A DNA stretch of 64,000 nucleotides, from assembly GCA_963781045.1 (NCBI GenBank), contig CAWAEX010000018.1, forward strand, positions 109,806-173,805, read 5' to 3'. The notes below the pieces were generated by a model, which ran no database searches, was not told where the DNA came from, and worked only from the letters and a program-made list of their open reading frames with translations. The stretch is from an uncultured Flavobacteriaceae bacterium (GTDB lineage: Bacteria; Bacteroidota; Bacteroidia; Flavobacteriales; Flavobacteriaceae). Shown in pieces: positions 1 to 8,645 of the stretch; within the stretch, counting starts at the first letter, position 1, and every line of letters starts with the position of its first letter. The position numbers and the translations under genes are program-made.

Positions 1-235
1 TTTTATCGCCCGGCACCCAACGAGACCACATGATCTTACCATTGTAATATATTTTCACCTGCCGGTAACCCGGGGCTTTGGCTATTGTGTCAATGGTATC
101 TCCATTCCAATTAGAAAAACTCTGTAGTTCCCAGACTCCCTGCATGGAGTGCATCGTATTTGGTTTGGATGATAGTACCGTTGCTGCAAGTACCAAAATA
201 ATTGCCAAGCCGGCGATCTTCATTGTATTTCTCAT
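1..235 (-). CDS. Exported hypothetical protein, 3' end outside window (not in ORF track)
   Basis: Manual translation from ATG at 235: MRNTMKIAGLAIILVLAATVLSSKPNTMHSMQGVWELQSFSNWNGDTIDT...KIMWSRWVPGDK, open to the window edge. Signal peptide plus a lipocalin-like 'GVWEL' start. Confidence 0.7.
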   Translation of the reverse strand, partial: MRNTMKIAGLAIILVLAATVLSSKPNTMHSMQGVWELQSFSNWNGDTIDTIAKAPGYRQVKIYYNGKIMWSRWVPGDK

Positions 236-371
236 AGTTCAATTGTTTAGTGCTTCAAGAATAACAATTAAGATACAATATTTTTGTTAAATTTTTTATG
301 TAATTGGAAATAATTGAAATTTACTGTAGGTATAAAAAGAAGGAATTTGTCACTTAAAGAAATTTAGTACC

Positions 372-1397
372 TCAGTACAGGGAGAAAATATCTTCTTGGG
401 TATGGGCGGCCGTCAATACAATTCTGTTAGTGGCATAGGTATCTTCAGTAGGATATCTGAAATCGGTAATAATGATCTTGTTCTCCCTCAAGTGATCGGC
501 AAGTTGAGTGTCAGAAAAACCAAATACGGGATACTTCGGCATAAAATTTAAATGCTTTGAAGTTCTATTTGCGGATAAGAAACTTTTGATGTTATTCTGT
601 AACAACCTCCTTTTTTTGGAATAAACAGCCTTAGCTTCCATAAAATGAGCTAAATAAAAAGGAGCTGCCGGACTAGCCCCTCCAAAAAAATTGGATGACT
701 TCATTTGTACTATTCGCTCCTTTTTACCAAATACTGCCCCTGCTTGCAGTCCCAGAGCTTTACCCAACGAAGCACATAGTACAAGTTCCTTACATGGAAT
801 GGACAATAAGGTTTTAAAAACTCCCGCTCCTTCTTCACCTACGATCCCAATTCCGTGAGAGTCATCAACTACCAGAATACAGGATGTTAGAGGCAGGGTC
901 TGTAGAATTTGAAAATCAGGATAGTTGCAGCCAGAGAAATCTATAGAATCCAGGAATATGACCGGGATCTCCTTTTTCTTTTTTTCGAGATGCTCCCGCA
1001 GTGCAATATTTAAAGTAGTATAGGTAGTGTACGGTTTGGCATTTGTTCTAAAGAGGGCAGAATGACTGTTAGGGGCATAGAATAACCTGTATTCTTTAGT
1101 ATTAAAATGGTTGGCTACCAATTGTCCGGCTAAGTATCCGGAAGACATCGTAAGACAGGCTTCACTTCCAACCCATTGAGCCAAGTAAGATTCTGCTTTT
1201 TCATAAATAGAAAACTGTACATTAGACCTTCTTGAAGTACCAAAATTTGAACCATATTGCCGAATTGAATTCAAAACCAAATCCTGGAATTCAGGATCTG
1301 TATGCACCCCTAAATATGATGTTCCGCCAAAATATAGGAAAGATGTGCCATCTATATACACTCTTCTTCCCGGATATGTGGATACCTGTACCTTCAT
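372..1397 (-). CDS. PLP-dependent class II aminotransferase, alpha-oxoamine synthase (BioF/KBL-like) family
   Basis: Motifs FGGTSYLG, SSGYLAG, VDDSHGIG and ASLGKALG (PLP lysine). Confidence 0.8.
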   Translation of the reverse strand: MKVQVSTYPGRRVYIDGTSFLYFGGTSYLGVHTDPEFQDLVLNSIRQYGSNFGTSRRSNVQFSIYEKAESYLAQWVGSEACLTMSSGYLAGQLVANHFNTKEYRLFYAPNSHSALFRTNAKPYTTYTTLNIALREHLEKKKKEIPVIFLDSIDFSGCNYPDFQILQTLPLTSCILVVDDSHGIGIVGEEGAGVFKTLLSIPCKELVLCASLGKALGLQAGAVFGKKERIVQMKSSNFFGGASPAAPFYLAHFMEAKAVYSKKRRLLQNNIKSFLSANRTSKHLNFMPKYPVFGFSDTQLADHLRENKIIITDFRYPTEDTYATNRIVLTAAHTQEDIFSLY

Positions 1398-2407
1398 TGT
1401 AAAAGAGTTATACCACTACCACCAAGAGTAGGGAATTTAATGCTGGCATCGTTTAATATCTCTATGCCACTTGCAATATCGTTTGTGATCAATAATGGAC
1501 CATCCATATCCACATAATCTAGTTGAGGTAATAACTGTCCGATAGCCGAAATTCCTACGGTTGATTCAGTCATACAACCAACCATTATCTTTAGCCCCAG
1601 TTCCTTACCCCGCTTTATCATTCGTAGTGCCGGTGTTAGTCCACCACATTTGGTAAGTTTTATATTGATCCCATTAAAATGCAGGGCACAGTGATCAACA
1701 TCTGCTTCCACAAGGCAACTTTCATCGGCGATCACAGGTAGAACAGAAAGGTGAGCAACCTTTTCCATACCGGCCCAATCATCTGCTTGCAGGGGTTGTT
1801 CAATGAACTCAACACCTAGTTCTTTTAGGGTTGGAGCAATGGCTATTGTTTGTGCTGCAGACCAGGCTCCGTTGGCATCTATTCTAAAGACAGAACTACT
1901 ATGCTTTCGTAATTCCCTGACAATATCTACATCTTCCTTAGTTCCTAGTTTGATCTTGTAAATGGGCCATGGTGTTTCCTTCATTTTTTCTACCATTTTT
2001 TTAATAGTATCTATTCCAATGGTGTAATTCGTTAAGGGGTATCTGTCAATGGTGGTTCCCCATAGTTCATATAGGGGCTTATTCTTGATTTTTCCATAGA
2101 GATCGTGGGCCGCAAGATCTAAGGCACAGAGCGCAAAAGAACTCAGACCTTTTTTTGATAACCATGAATGGAAATCTTCTGGCTCATTAAAAGGGTAATT
2201 CTCAATTTCGGATCTAATAGCTTCAATTTCTGAGTGAAGGCTTTTTAAAGTATGTCCATAATACGGATTAGAGGTGGTTTCTCCGTAGCCCGTTTTATTT
2301 TGATGACTGAGATGAACTATAAGCGTGTCCTGGGTTAGGTGTGACTCCCTCGAAATTGTAAAGGTGTGTTTAAGTTGGAGTGTGTGTGAGGTTAGCTTGA
2401 GCTGCAT
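1394..2407 (-). CDS. Dipeptide (L-Ala-D/L-Glu) epimerase, enolase superfamily
   Basis: FTISR lid, KIKLG, RIDAN, EFIEQP, ADES, INIKLTKCGG, GCMTES, DMDG. Confidence 0.88.
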   Translation of the reverse strand: MQLKLTSHTLQLKHTFTISRESHLTQDTLIVHLSHQNKTGYGETTSNPYYGHTLKSLHSEIEAIRSEIENYPFNEPEDFHSWLSKKGLSSFALCALDLAAHDLYGKIKNKPLYELWGTTIDRYPLTNYTIGIDTIKKMVEKMKETPWPIYKIKLGTKEDVDIVRELRKHSSSVFRIDANGAWSAAQTIAIAPTLKELGVEFIEQPLQADDWAGMEKVAHLSVLPVIADESCLVEADVDHCALHFNGINIKLTKCGGLTPALRMIKRGKELGLKIMVGCMTESTVGISAIGQLLPQLDYVDMDGPLLITNDIASGIEILNDASIKFPTLGGSGITLLQ

Positions 2408-2452
2408 AAATAAATTTTATCTCTAAGATAAACAAAGCGTTTCAACGCAAAT

Positions 2453-2482
2453 AAAAACCCTGAAGGAATATTCAGGGTTTTT
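2453..2482 (-). terminator. Intrinsic terminator after GIN gene
   Basis: AAAAACCCTGAA-ggaata-TTCAGGGTTTTT hairpin with A/T tracts. Confidence 0.85.
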
Positions 2483-2506
2483 AAACATATATGGTTGTAG
2501 GTAGTT

Positions 2507-3229
2507 CTAGTCCTTATGAACGCTACCTGAATAAGATTTCTTTTTCTGAACATCCGGGTTGCCAGAATACGAAATATCTGCACCACTGCTGGCATCGGCT
2601 ATCAAGGTCTCGGAGACATTAACAGAAATGTCCGCTCCACTACTGGCGTCTGCATGACAGGTTCGTACGGTAAAGTCTTTTGCTTTGATATCCGAACCAC
2701 TACTGGCGTCAGCATAGAATAACACCGCTTCTCCTTCAATTCTGATATCGGCTCCGCTACTGGTATCTGCATCCACTTCATCGGCTACTAAGGCAACTTT
2801 AATCCCAGCTCCACTACTTGCATCTAGTGAGATCTTGTTGGCCCTGATCACATTTTGTGTAAATAGATCGGCTCCACTGGAAGCGTAGAGTCCGGTTACA
2901 GATGGCAAGGAAACATGTATCCTTTTTGTGGCCCTCCCAATGTTTTCAATGGCATGGATCCTAAGTTTTCCATTCTTAATATCGGTACCTATCAGATCTA
3001 TGATGTTTTCATCGGCTTCAACTTCAATATTGAAGTTATCTCCCTGGGTAACATAAACATCCAATCCTTCAGAGGCAGATATTTCGGTGAATTCCTCGTA
3101 TACTTCTCTGGATTCTTTGGCTACTTCTCCGTTACCTCTCTTTCCCTCGCCAAAGTTCATATCGAAGGCACAAGAAGATAAGAAAAGGGCCATTAGTACG
3201 GCAATTGCAATTCTAGCTAGTGTTGTCAT
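2507..3229 (-). CDS. Head GIN domain (DUF2807) lipoprotein
   Basis: Lipobox LSSC, GNGEV start and repeated DASSGADI beta-helix repeats. Confidence 0.88.
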   Translation of the reverse strand: MTTLARIAIAVLMALFLSSCAFDMNFGEGKRGNGEVAKESREVYEEFTEISASEGLDVYVTQGDNFNIEVEADENIIDLIGTDIKNGKLRIHAIENIGRATKRIHVSLPSVTGLYASSGADLFTQNVIRANKISLDASSGAGIKVALVADEVDADTSSGADIRIEGEAVLFYADASSGSDIKAKDFTVRTCHADASSGADISVNVSETLIADASSGADISYSGNPDVQKKKSYSGSVHKD

Positions 3230-3291
3230 GATGTTGTTTTTATTCGGAATAGCTAAATATTCCTTTTGGTTGTTAGTAATTATTGTTAGGT

Positions 3292-3362
3292 CAAATGTAT
3301 TTTCTTATTGGCACTCCGGGTAGTTTCAATTACCCAGTTGTTAATAAAGATGGATGAATTGT
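3292..3362 (-). promoter_or_regulatory. Putative LytTR-activated promoter of the GIN gene
   Basis: Minus strand ACAATTCATC(3362-3353)-N11-ACAACTGGGT(3341-3332)-N32-TACATTTG(3299-3292). Confidence 0.75.
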
Positions 3363-3366
3363 CATC

Positions 3367-5100
3367 TTATCGTCCTCCGTCATCTGCTTTGATCTCAACC
3401 CCGTTCTCATCTATCTTTAGTTTAAAGGAATCACCACCATCTTTTATATTGATATCAACCCCTTCTTCATCAATTATGATGCGGCCTTCATCATCATTAT
3501 TCCAGCGTTCACCTCTTTTGTTATCGGAACAATCCAGGCATTCTAATTCACCATTACGGCCCATTAACCAAAGATGATCCACGATATTTCCCCGGTACAT
3601 TTCTCTGTCGAAACGAGTAACACGACCCATATAGCGACGCATGCCCGCATCAAATCTTAGATGTGTTCCTGCAGGGACTGAAAGGGTTACCCTAACCTCC
3701 TGATCTCTCACCTTATTTTTAATGGCGGTGTACAAATAATTGCTCACGGAAAGGGTGTTTCCTTCTAAGGTGTAGGAGTATTGAATGTTGCCCGCACGCT
3801 CCCTGGCGTCGGAGGTGGAACTGCCATTGGCATCCTTCCGTATCCTGATATAAGATAAGGAATCACTGGACCTATTAATATCGAAGCGAATATCGTCTGT
3901 AAATAGCACACGATCTCCATTTTCATCATAGCTAATGGTCATATTATTGATCCCTAGGTCTTCCTGATTTTCAAAGAGTTCACTGCTGGTTGCCCTGATC
4001 AGTAGTGTATCCTGCGCTGAAGGAAAATATAAGGATTCCTTTACCGTAGTACTGCCAGAATAAGCATGAGCCGAGGCTTCTTTTATACCGAAGACAATAA
4101 GGCCAATAATGGATATCAACCACAGACCCAATAAGGAGAATTTTATTACGTTCCCAATAGACTTCAGGTTATTTACTAAAATCTTCAAGCCTAAATAAAG
4201 CAGAAAAAAGAACGGGATACCCACAGCAAAAAATGCTAATAGTGAGATCAGCCAAACCGGTGCTCCGGAGGCATTTACCATTTCGTAGAAATCAATTCCA
4301 GGGATATGAATAACGTCTAAGACCCCTACTGTAAATAGACCAATAAACAAGCCAATAAGGGTAGCGGCTCCTATAATGATCAGGATGATCCCAATGAATT
4401 TAGCGAAGACCTTAAAGCAGAACATTATGAAATTGCCCAAGGCATCGAAAAATGTCTGGCCGCTGCTTTTTACCTTGTTTCCCATTTTGTCATAGTCCAC
4501 ACCTTTTACCTTTTCAGCTACATCTTCATATCCTTCTTTAATTTTTTTTTCGATGTTGCTGATATTGACAGGTTTTCCTTTCATATCGAGCTTTTGAGAG
4601 GTTGTGACCGCTTCGGGTACCAATATCCATAATAGGATATAGGCTATAAAACCAAACCCGGTAGATAAGGCAAGGAAAATAAATATGAGCCGGATCCAAA
4701 GGGCATCAAAACCGAGATAGTGTTCTAGTCCGGCACAAACGCCTCCCAGGTACTTGCTATCAATGTCCCGATACAATTTTTTAGTGCGGGAAGTTGTCGT
4801 AGAATCAGACTTTGGAGCATCTTCAAAGATATCTTCGTCTACCCGGTAGTCTTCGGGTTGCCCCATCACCTTGATCACGGCATCTACCTCTTTCATGGTA
4901 ATGACCTGGCGGTCGTTCTCCATTCTTTCCTGAAAGAGTTCGGCGATCCGAGCTTCAATATCGGCAATGATCTCATCACTACCAGTTGTTCCGGAGAAAG
5001 ACCTTTTAATGGCCTCCAAATACCGTTGTAGTTTTTTAAATGCCTCTTCATCGATATGAAAAAGGACATTGGCGAGATTTATATTGACTGTTTTATTCAT
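3367..5100 (-). CDS. PspC domain-containing membrane protein
   Basis: N-terminal MNKTVNINLA...IIADIEARIAELF domain, PspC motif KLYRD...LGGVCAGLEHYLG, several TM helices and a large C-terminal exported domain. Confidence 0.88.
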   Translation of the reverse strand: MNKTVNINLANVLFHIDEEAFKKLQRYLEAIKRSFSGTTGSDEIIADIEARIAELFQERMENDRQVITMKEVDAVIKVMGQPEDYRVDEDIFEDAPKSDSTTTSRTKKLYRDIDSKYLGGVCAGLEHYLGFDALWIRLIFIFLALSTGFGFIAYILLWILVPEAVTTSQKLDMKGKPVNISNIEKKIKEGYEDVAEKVKGVDYDKMGNKVKSSGQTFFDALGNFIMFCFKVFAKFIGIILIIIGAATLIGLFIGLFTVGVLDVIHIPGIDFYEMVNASGAPVWLISLLAFFAVGIPFFFLLYLGLKILVNNLKSIGNVIKFSLLGLWLISIIGLIVFGIKEASAHAYSGSTTVKESLYFPSAQDTLLIRATSSELFENQEDLGINNMTISYDENGDRVLFTDDIRFDINRSSDSLSYIRIRKDANGSSTSDARERAGNIQYSYTLEGNTLSVSNYLYTAIKNKVRDQEVRVTLSVPAGTHLRFDAGMRRYMGRVTRFDREMYRGNIVDHLWLMGRNGELECLDCSDNKRGERWNNDDEGRIIIDEEGVDINIKDGGDSFKLKIDENGVEIKADDGGR

Positions 5101-5438
5101 TTTTTCGTTGTTTTAGCGTTGGTAACCAAATTCACGGCATTTCTTAGTTCGTCCCAGGTCGTATCTAATTCTTTAAGGAACAATTTACCCGTTTCTGTGA
5201 GCCCATAATATTTTCTGGGCGGCCCGGAGGTTGATTCCTCCCAGCGGTAATTCAGCAATCCCGCATTTTTAAGTCTAGTGAGCAGAGGGTAGATAGTACC
5301 TTCCACCACCAGCATTTTTGCGTCTTTTAAGGTCTCCAGAATCTCAGAAGTATACTTATCTTCCTCTTGAAGGATAGATAGGATACAGTATTCTAGCACG
5401 CCTTTACGCATCTGTGCTTTTGTGTTTTCTATATTCAT
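5097..5438 (-). CDS. PadR family transcriptional regulator
   Basis: MRKGVLEYCIL, EGTIYPLLTRL, GPPRKYY; 4-bp overlap with pspC. Confidence 0.93.
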   Translation of the reverse strand: MNIENTKAQMRKGVLEYCILSILQEEDKYTSEILETLKDAKMLVVEGTIYPLLTRLKNAGLLNYRWEESTSGPPRKYYGLTETGKLFLKELDTTWDELRNAVNLVTNAKTTKK

Positions 5439-5573
5439 AATTTTAACTTCTGTTACATGCTATTCGGTGATGAGCCGAACTTTTTTTAGCACTGGGTTAA
5501 CTGTTCGTTTTTTGATGGTTCATTAGATGATCTTTAATGATGTTGATTGATGAATAAACTGCATTAGCATTAC

Positions 5574-6053
5574 TTATTTTATAAAGGGTATAGTTATAGG
5601 GTATTTAAATACCTGTCCTTCGTTGGTGCGCAAGGTTGCTAAAATGGTATACACCACATTAACAATAAACAAGGCTATTGGGATGAGTCCGGCAATGCCT
5701 AAAGGCCAAATTCGCCGGAAGGGAAAATCGTCCCAATCAAAATTCATATGAAAGCCGTTATAGTGGTTCCAGTTCCCCCAGTTCATAAATCCATGATCGA
5801 ATAGATCTGGAAAAAAGCCAAAAAAGAATGGAATTGATATTGCCCCAAATACAACAGAATACAGGAACATGCTGATCTGAAAGTTTAGTGCTTGCTTTCC
5901 ATTATAGTCAACATATGCTGAGTCATTGCGATTAGCAAGCCATAATACAAGTGGTAACAGTATGTTACCAAACGGAACAAAGAACCTGCTAAAGGTGGAT
6001 GCATGAATTGCAGCCGACAAGTTTTTTTCGTGTTTTGATAAGGTTTCTGTCAT
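5574..6053 (-). CDS. DUF4870 (Tic20-like) membrane protein
   Basis: PLVLWL...GKQALNFQIS and C-terminal FKYPITIPFIK. Confidence 0.85.
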   Translation of the reverse strand: MTETLSKHEKNLSAAIHASTFSRFFVPFGNILLPLVLWLANRNDSAYVDYNGKQALNFQISMFLYSVVFGAISIPFFFGFFPDLFDHGFMNWGNWNHYNGFHMNFDWDDFPFRRIWPLGIAGLIPIALFIVNVVYTILATLRTNEGQVFKYPITIPFIK

Positions 6054-6072
6054 GGCATATTAGTTTCTTATG

Positions 6073-6114
6073 CAAATATATGGCTAAAGGAAGGTATTAT
6101 GCAAAACATAGTAC
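6073..6114 (-). promoter_or_regulatory. Housekeeping promoter of DUF4870-padR-pspC with overlapping palindromic operator
   Basis: Minus strand TTTG(6105-6102)-N21-TATATTTG(6080-6073); palindrome GTAtTATG-N5-CATAGTAC at 6094-6114. Confidence 0.7.
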
Positions 6115-6187
6115 TAAATATTAACATAATATTAACATTATAGGTTTCGGTAATTTTGGGTACTTTTAAGCCCAAATAACACGTTTC

Positions 6188-6646
6188 ATGGGCGCTAATG
6201 TCACTAAGATAAATGCTTTTCTGTTTTTTAAATTACCGGCAGCCTGGTGGACCGGCGTACGTTTGCGCTCCATTGATGATGAAAAGGCGGTAGTAACTGT
6301 AACCCATAGGTGGATCAATCAGAACCCATTCAGATCTATGTATTGGGCCGTGCAGGGAATGGCCGCCGAGTTGAGTACGGGTGTTATGGTGAGTCGTCAT
6401 ATTGCACAGATGGGTAAACCTATTTCCATGTTAGTGGCTAATAATAAGGGCTCCTTTACGAAAAAGGCAAAAGGCCGGATAACATTTACATGTACGGACG
6501 GTCATAAATTTCGTGAGGCTTTAAACAAAACGATAGAAACCGGGGAGGGACAAACCTTTTGGATGAATTCTAAAGGAGTAAACAAAGAAGGAATAACAGT
6601 TTCCGATTTCAGTTTTGAATGGACAGTAAAATTAAAATCGAGTTAG
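6188..6646 (+). CDS. DUF4442 hotdog-fold thioesterase-like protein
   Basis: KLPAAWWTGVR, NQNPFRSMYWA, AAELSTG, FTKKAKGRITF. Confidence 0.82.
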   Translation: MGANVTKINAFLFFKLPAAWWTGVRLRSIDDEKAVVTVTHRWINQNPFRSMYWAVQGMAAELSTGVMVSRHIAQMGKPISMLVANNKGSFTKKAKGRITFTCTDGHKFREALNKTIETGEGQTFWMNSKGVNKEGITVSDFSFEWTVKLKSS

Positions 6647-6674
6647 TAACAGTCCACCAAATACTTTACATAGG

Positions 6675-7163
6675 TTGATGGATCCAAACATTATTTTCGA
6701 GGAAGAACAACGCTTCACACAATGGTGGTTGTGGCTTTTGATGGGAGCCATGCTATTAATTCCTATCTATGGAATTGTTCAGCAGATTGTATTAAAAGAG
6801 CCATTTGGGGACAATCCGATGTCCGATCTGGGATTGATCATCATTTTTATCGCGATGCTTTCTTTCTGTGGCTTTTTTTGGTTGATACGACTTCAAACCA
6901 CGATTACAAATGACGAAATAACAATCAATTTTCCGCCTCTCGCTAAAAAACGAATTCTCTGGAGCGAGGTGGAACAGGCACAAATAGTAAAATACAGCCC
7001 ACTTATTGGTTATGGTCTTAGGATCTGGACCCCTCATGGTACTGTCTATAATGTAAAGGGGAATAGAGGTCTTTTCCTGATCCTGAAAAACGGAAAGAAA
7101 TATATGATAGGTACACAGAAACACAGGGAGGTAGAAGACATCATTCAAACCCTGCTTAAATAA
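6675..7163 (+). CDS. Two-TM membrane protein with PH-like C-terminus (DUF6141-like)
   Basis: FEEEQRFTQWW, two TM helices, GYGLR...YNVKGNRGL...IGTQK. Confidence 0.7.
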   Translation: MMDPNIIFEEEQRFTQWWLWLLMGAMLLIPIYGIVQQIVLKEPFGDNPMSDLGLIIIFIAMLSFCGFFWLIRLQTTITNDEITINFPPLAKKRILWSEVEQAQIVKYSPLIGYGLRIWTPHGTVYNVKGNRGLFLILKNGKKYMIGTQKHREVEDIIQTLLK

Positions 7164-7218
7164 TTTGTAACAAAAGATCCAGGATTACCACTAACAAATA
7201 AAACCTAAAAATAAGATC

Positions 7219-8019
7219 ATGAACGCACACGAAATAGACTACCAGATATTTGGAGAAGAAATGCAATATGTTGAGATAGAACTAGACCCTCAGGAGGCTG
7301 TGGTGGCCGAAGCAGGAAGTTTTATGATGATGGAGAACGATATTAAGATGGATACCATCTTTGGGGATGGCTCTAATCAGAACAAAGGGGTATTGGGCAG
7401 CTTGCTCTCTGCCGGGAAAAGGATACTTACCGGAGAAGGACTATTTATGACCTCCTTCCTGAATGTGGGTCAGGGGAAAAGACATTTATCGTTTGCATCT
7501 CCTTATCCCGGAAAGATCCTACCCATAGATCTCTCTGATAAACAAGGAAAATTCATTTGTCAAAAGGATGCATTCTTATGTGCCGCACAAGGAGTTTCTG
7601 TTGGGATAGAATTTTCAAAAAGACTTGGACGAGGCTTTTTTGGTGGGGAAGGGTTTATCATGCAAAAATTAGAAGGTGATGGTATGGCCTTTGTCCATGC
7701 AGGTGGTACGCTTGCAACAAAGGAATTAGGTCCTGGTGAAGTACTAAAGGTAGATACCGGGTGTATCGTTGGGTTTACAAAAGATGTTGATTATGATATT
7801 GAATTCATAGGAGGAATCAAGAATACACTGTTTGGGGGAGAAGGTTTATTTTTTGCTACCTTAAAAGGTCCTGGTACCGTCTATGTGCAGTCTCTTCCCT
7901 TTAGCAGACTAGCTAGCAGGGTTTGGGCAGCTGCTCCCAAAGGCGGTGGAAAGGATAAAGGGGAAGGCAGTATCCTTGGAGGTCTGGGAGATCTTATCGA
8001 TGGCGATAATCGTTTTTAA
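7219..8019 (+). CDS. TIGR00266 / AIM24 family protein
   Basis: AEAGSF, KRILTGEGLF, CQKDAFLC, FFGGEGF, GPGTVYVQSLPFSRLA. Confidence 0.9.
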   Translation: MNAHEIDYQIFGEEMQYVEIELDPQEAVVAEAGSFMMMENDIKMDTIFGDGSNQNKGVLGSLLSAGKRILTGEGLFMTSFLNVGQGKRHLSFASPYPGKILPIDLSDKQGKFICQKDAFLCAAQGVSVGIEFSKRLGRGFFGGEGFIMQKLEGDGMAFVHAGGTLATKELGPGEVLKVDTGCIVGFTKDVDYDIEFIGGIKNTLFGGEGLFFATLKGPGTVYVQSLPFSRLASRVWAAAPKGGGKDKGEGSILGGLGDLIDGDNRF

Positions 8020-8054
8020 AATACACTCCTTTTTATTTTAAATCTAAAAGAAAT

Positions 8055-8636
8055 TTGAAAAACGGAAGTATAAGAAATATCAGGAAAGAAGTATTGTCCA
8101 ATCAATGGTATACGCTTAACCAATATACCTATGACTATCAGAAAGAGGACGGTAGCTGGGAAACACAGCAGCGAGAGGCCTACGACAGAGGGAACGGAGC
8201 TGCTATCTTATTATACAATCCCGAAAAAAAAACAGTGATACTCACAAGGCAATTTAGGATGCCCACCTATGTGAACCGCAATACAACAGGAATGATGATA
8301 GAGGTCTGTGCCGGTATGTTAGATGATCAGGATCCGCTGAGTTGTATCCAGAAGGAAGTGGAAGAGGAAACTGGTTTTCGGGTAGAAGATGTAGAGAAAG
8401 TCTTTGAGGCTTATATGTCGCCGGGTGCCGTCACAGAGATCCTGCACTTTTTTGTAGCACTTTATGATGATTCTATGAAAATAGGCAAAGGGGGAGGAGT
8501 GGAGGATGAAACTGAGAATATTGAAGTTTTGGAGATTCCCATGGCAGAGGCTATGCGAATGATTCAACAAGGTATGATCAAGGATGCTAAAACGATCATG
8601 CTCTTGCAATATGCTCAAATTCAAAAGCTTCTGTGA
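8055..8636 (+). CDS. nudK: GDP-mannose pyrophosphatase, Nudix
   Basis: REAYDRGNGA, LTRQFRMP, Nudix box AG..KEVEEETG, YMSPG, DAKTIMLLQY. Confidence 0.85.
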   Translation: MKNGSIRNIRKEVLSNQWYTLNQYTYDYQKEDGSWETQQREAYDRGNGAAILLYNPEKKTVILTRQFRMPTYVNRNTTGMMIEVCAGMLDDQDPLSCIQKEVEEETGFRVEDVEKVFEAYMSPGAVTEILHFFVALYDDSMKIGKGGGVEDETENIEVLEIPMAEAMRMIQQGMIKDAKTIMLLQYAQIQKLL

Positions 8637-8645
8637 ACAAATTCT

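Noticed and set aside
78-290. 70-aa + strand ORF
   Set aside because: Antisense to a more convincing signal-peptide ORF starting at 235 on the minus strand.
2580-2885. Recurrent CCACTACTGG-like DNA repeats
   Set aside because: They encode the DASSGA beta-helix repeats of the GIN domain; not a CRISPR array or mobile repeat.
7166-7194. TGTAAC...ACTAA upstream of the AIM24 gene as a further target of the local ECF sigma
   Set aside because: Sequence and spacing differ from TAAACC-N16-GTC and it occurs only once; it might belong to another ECF but is unsupported.
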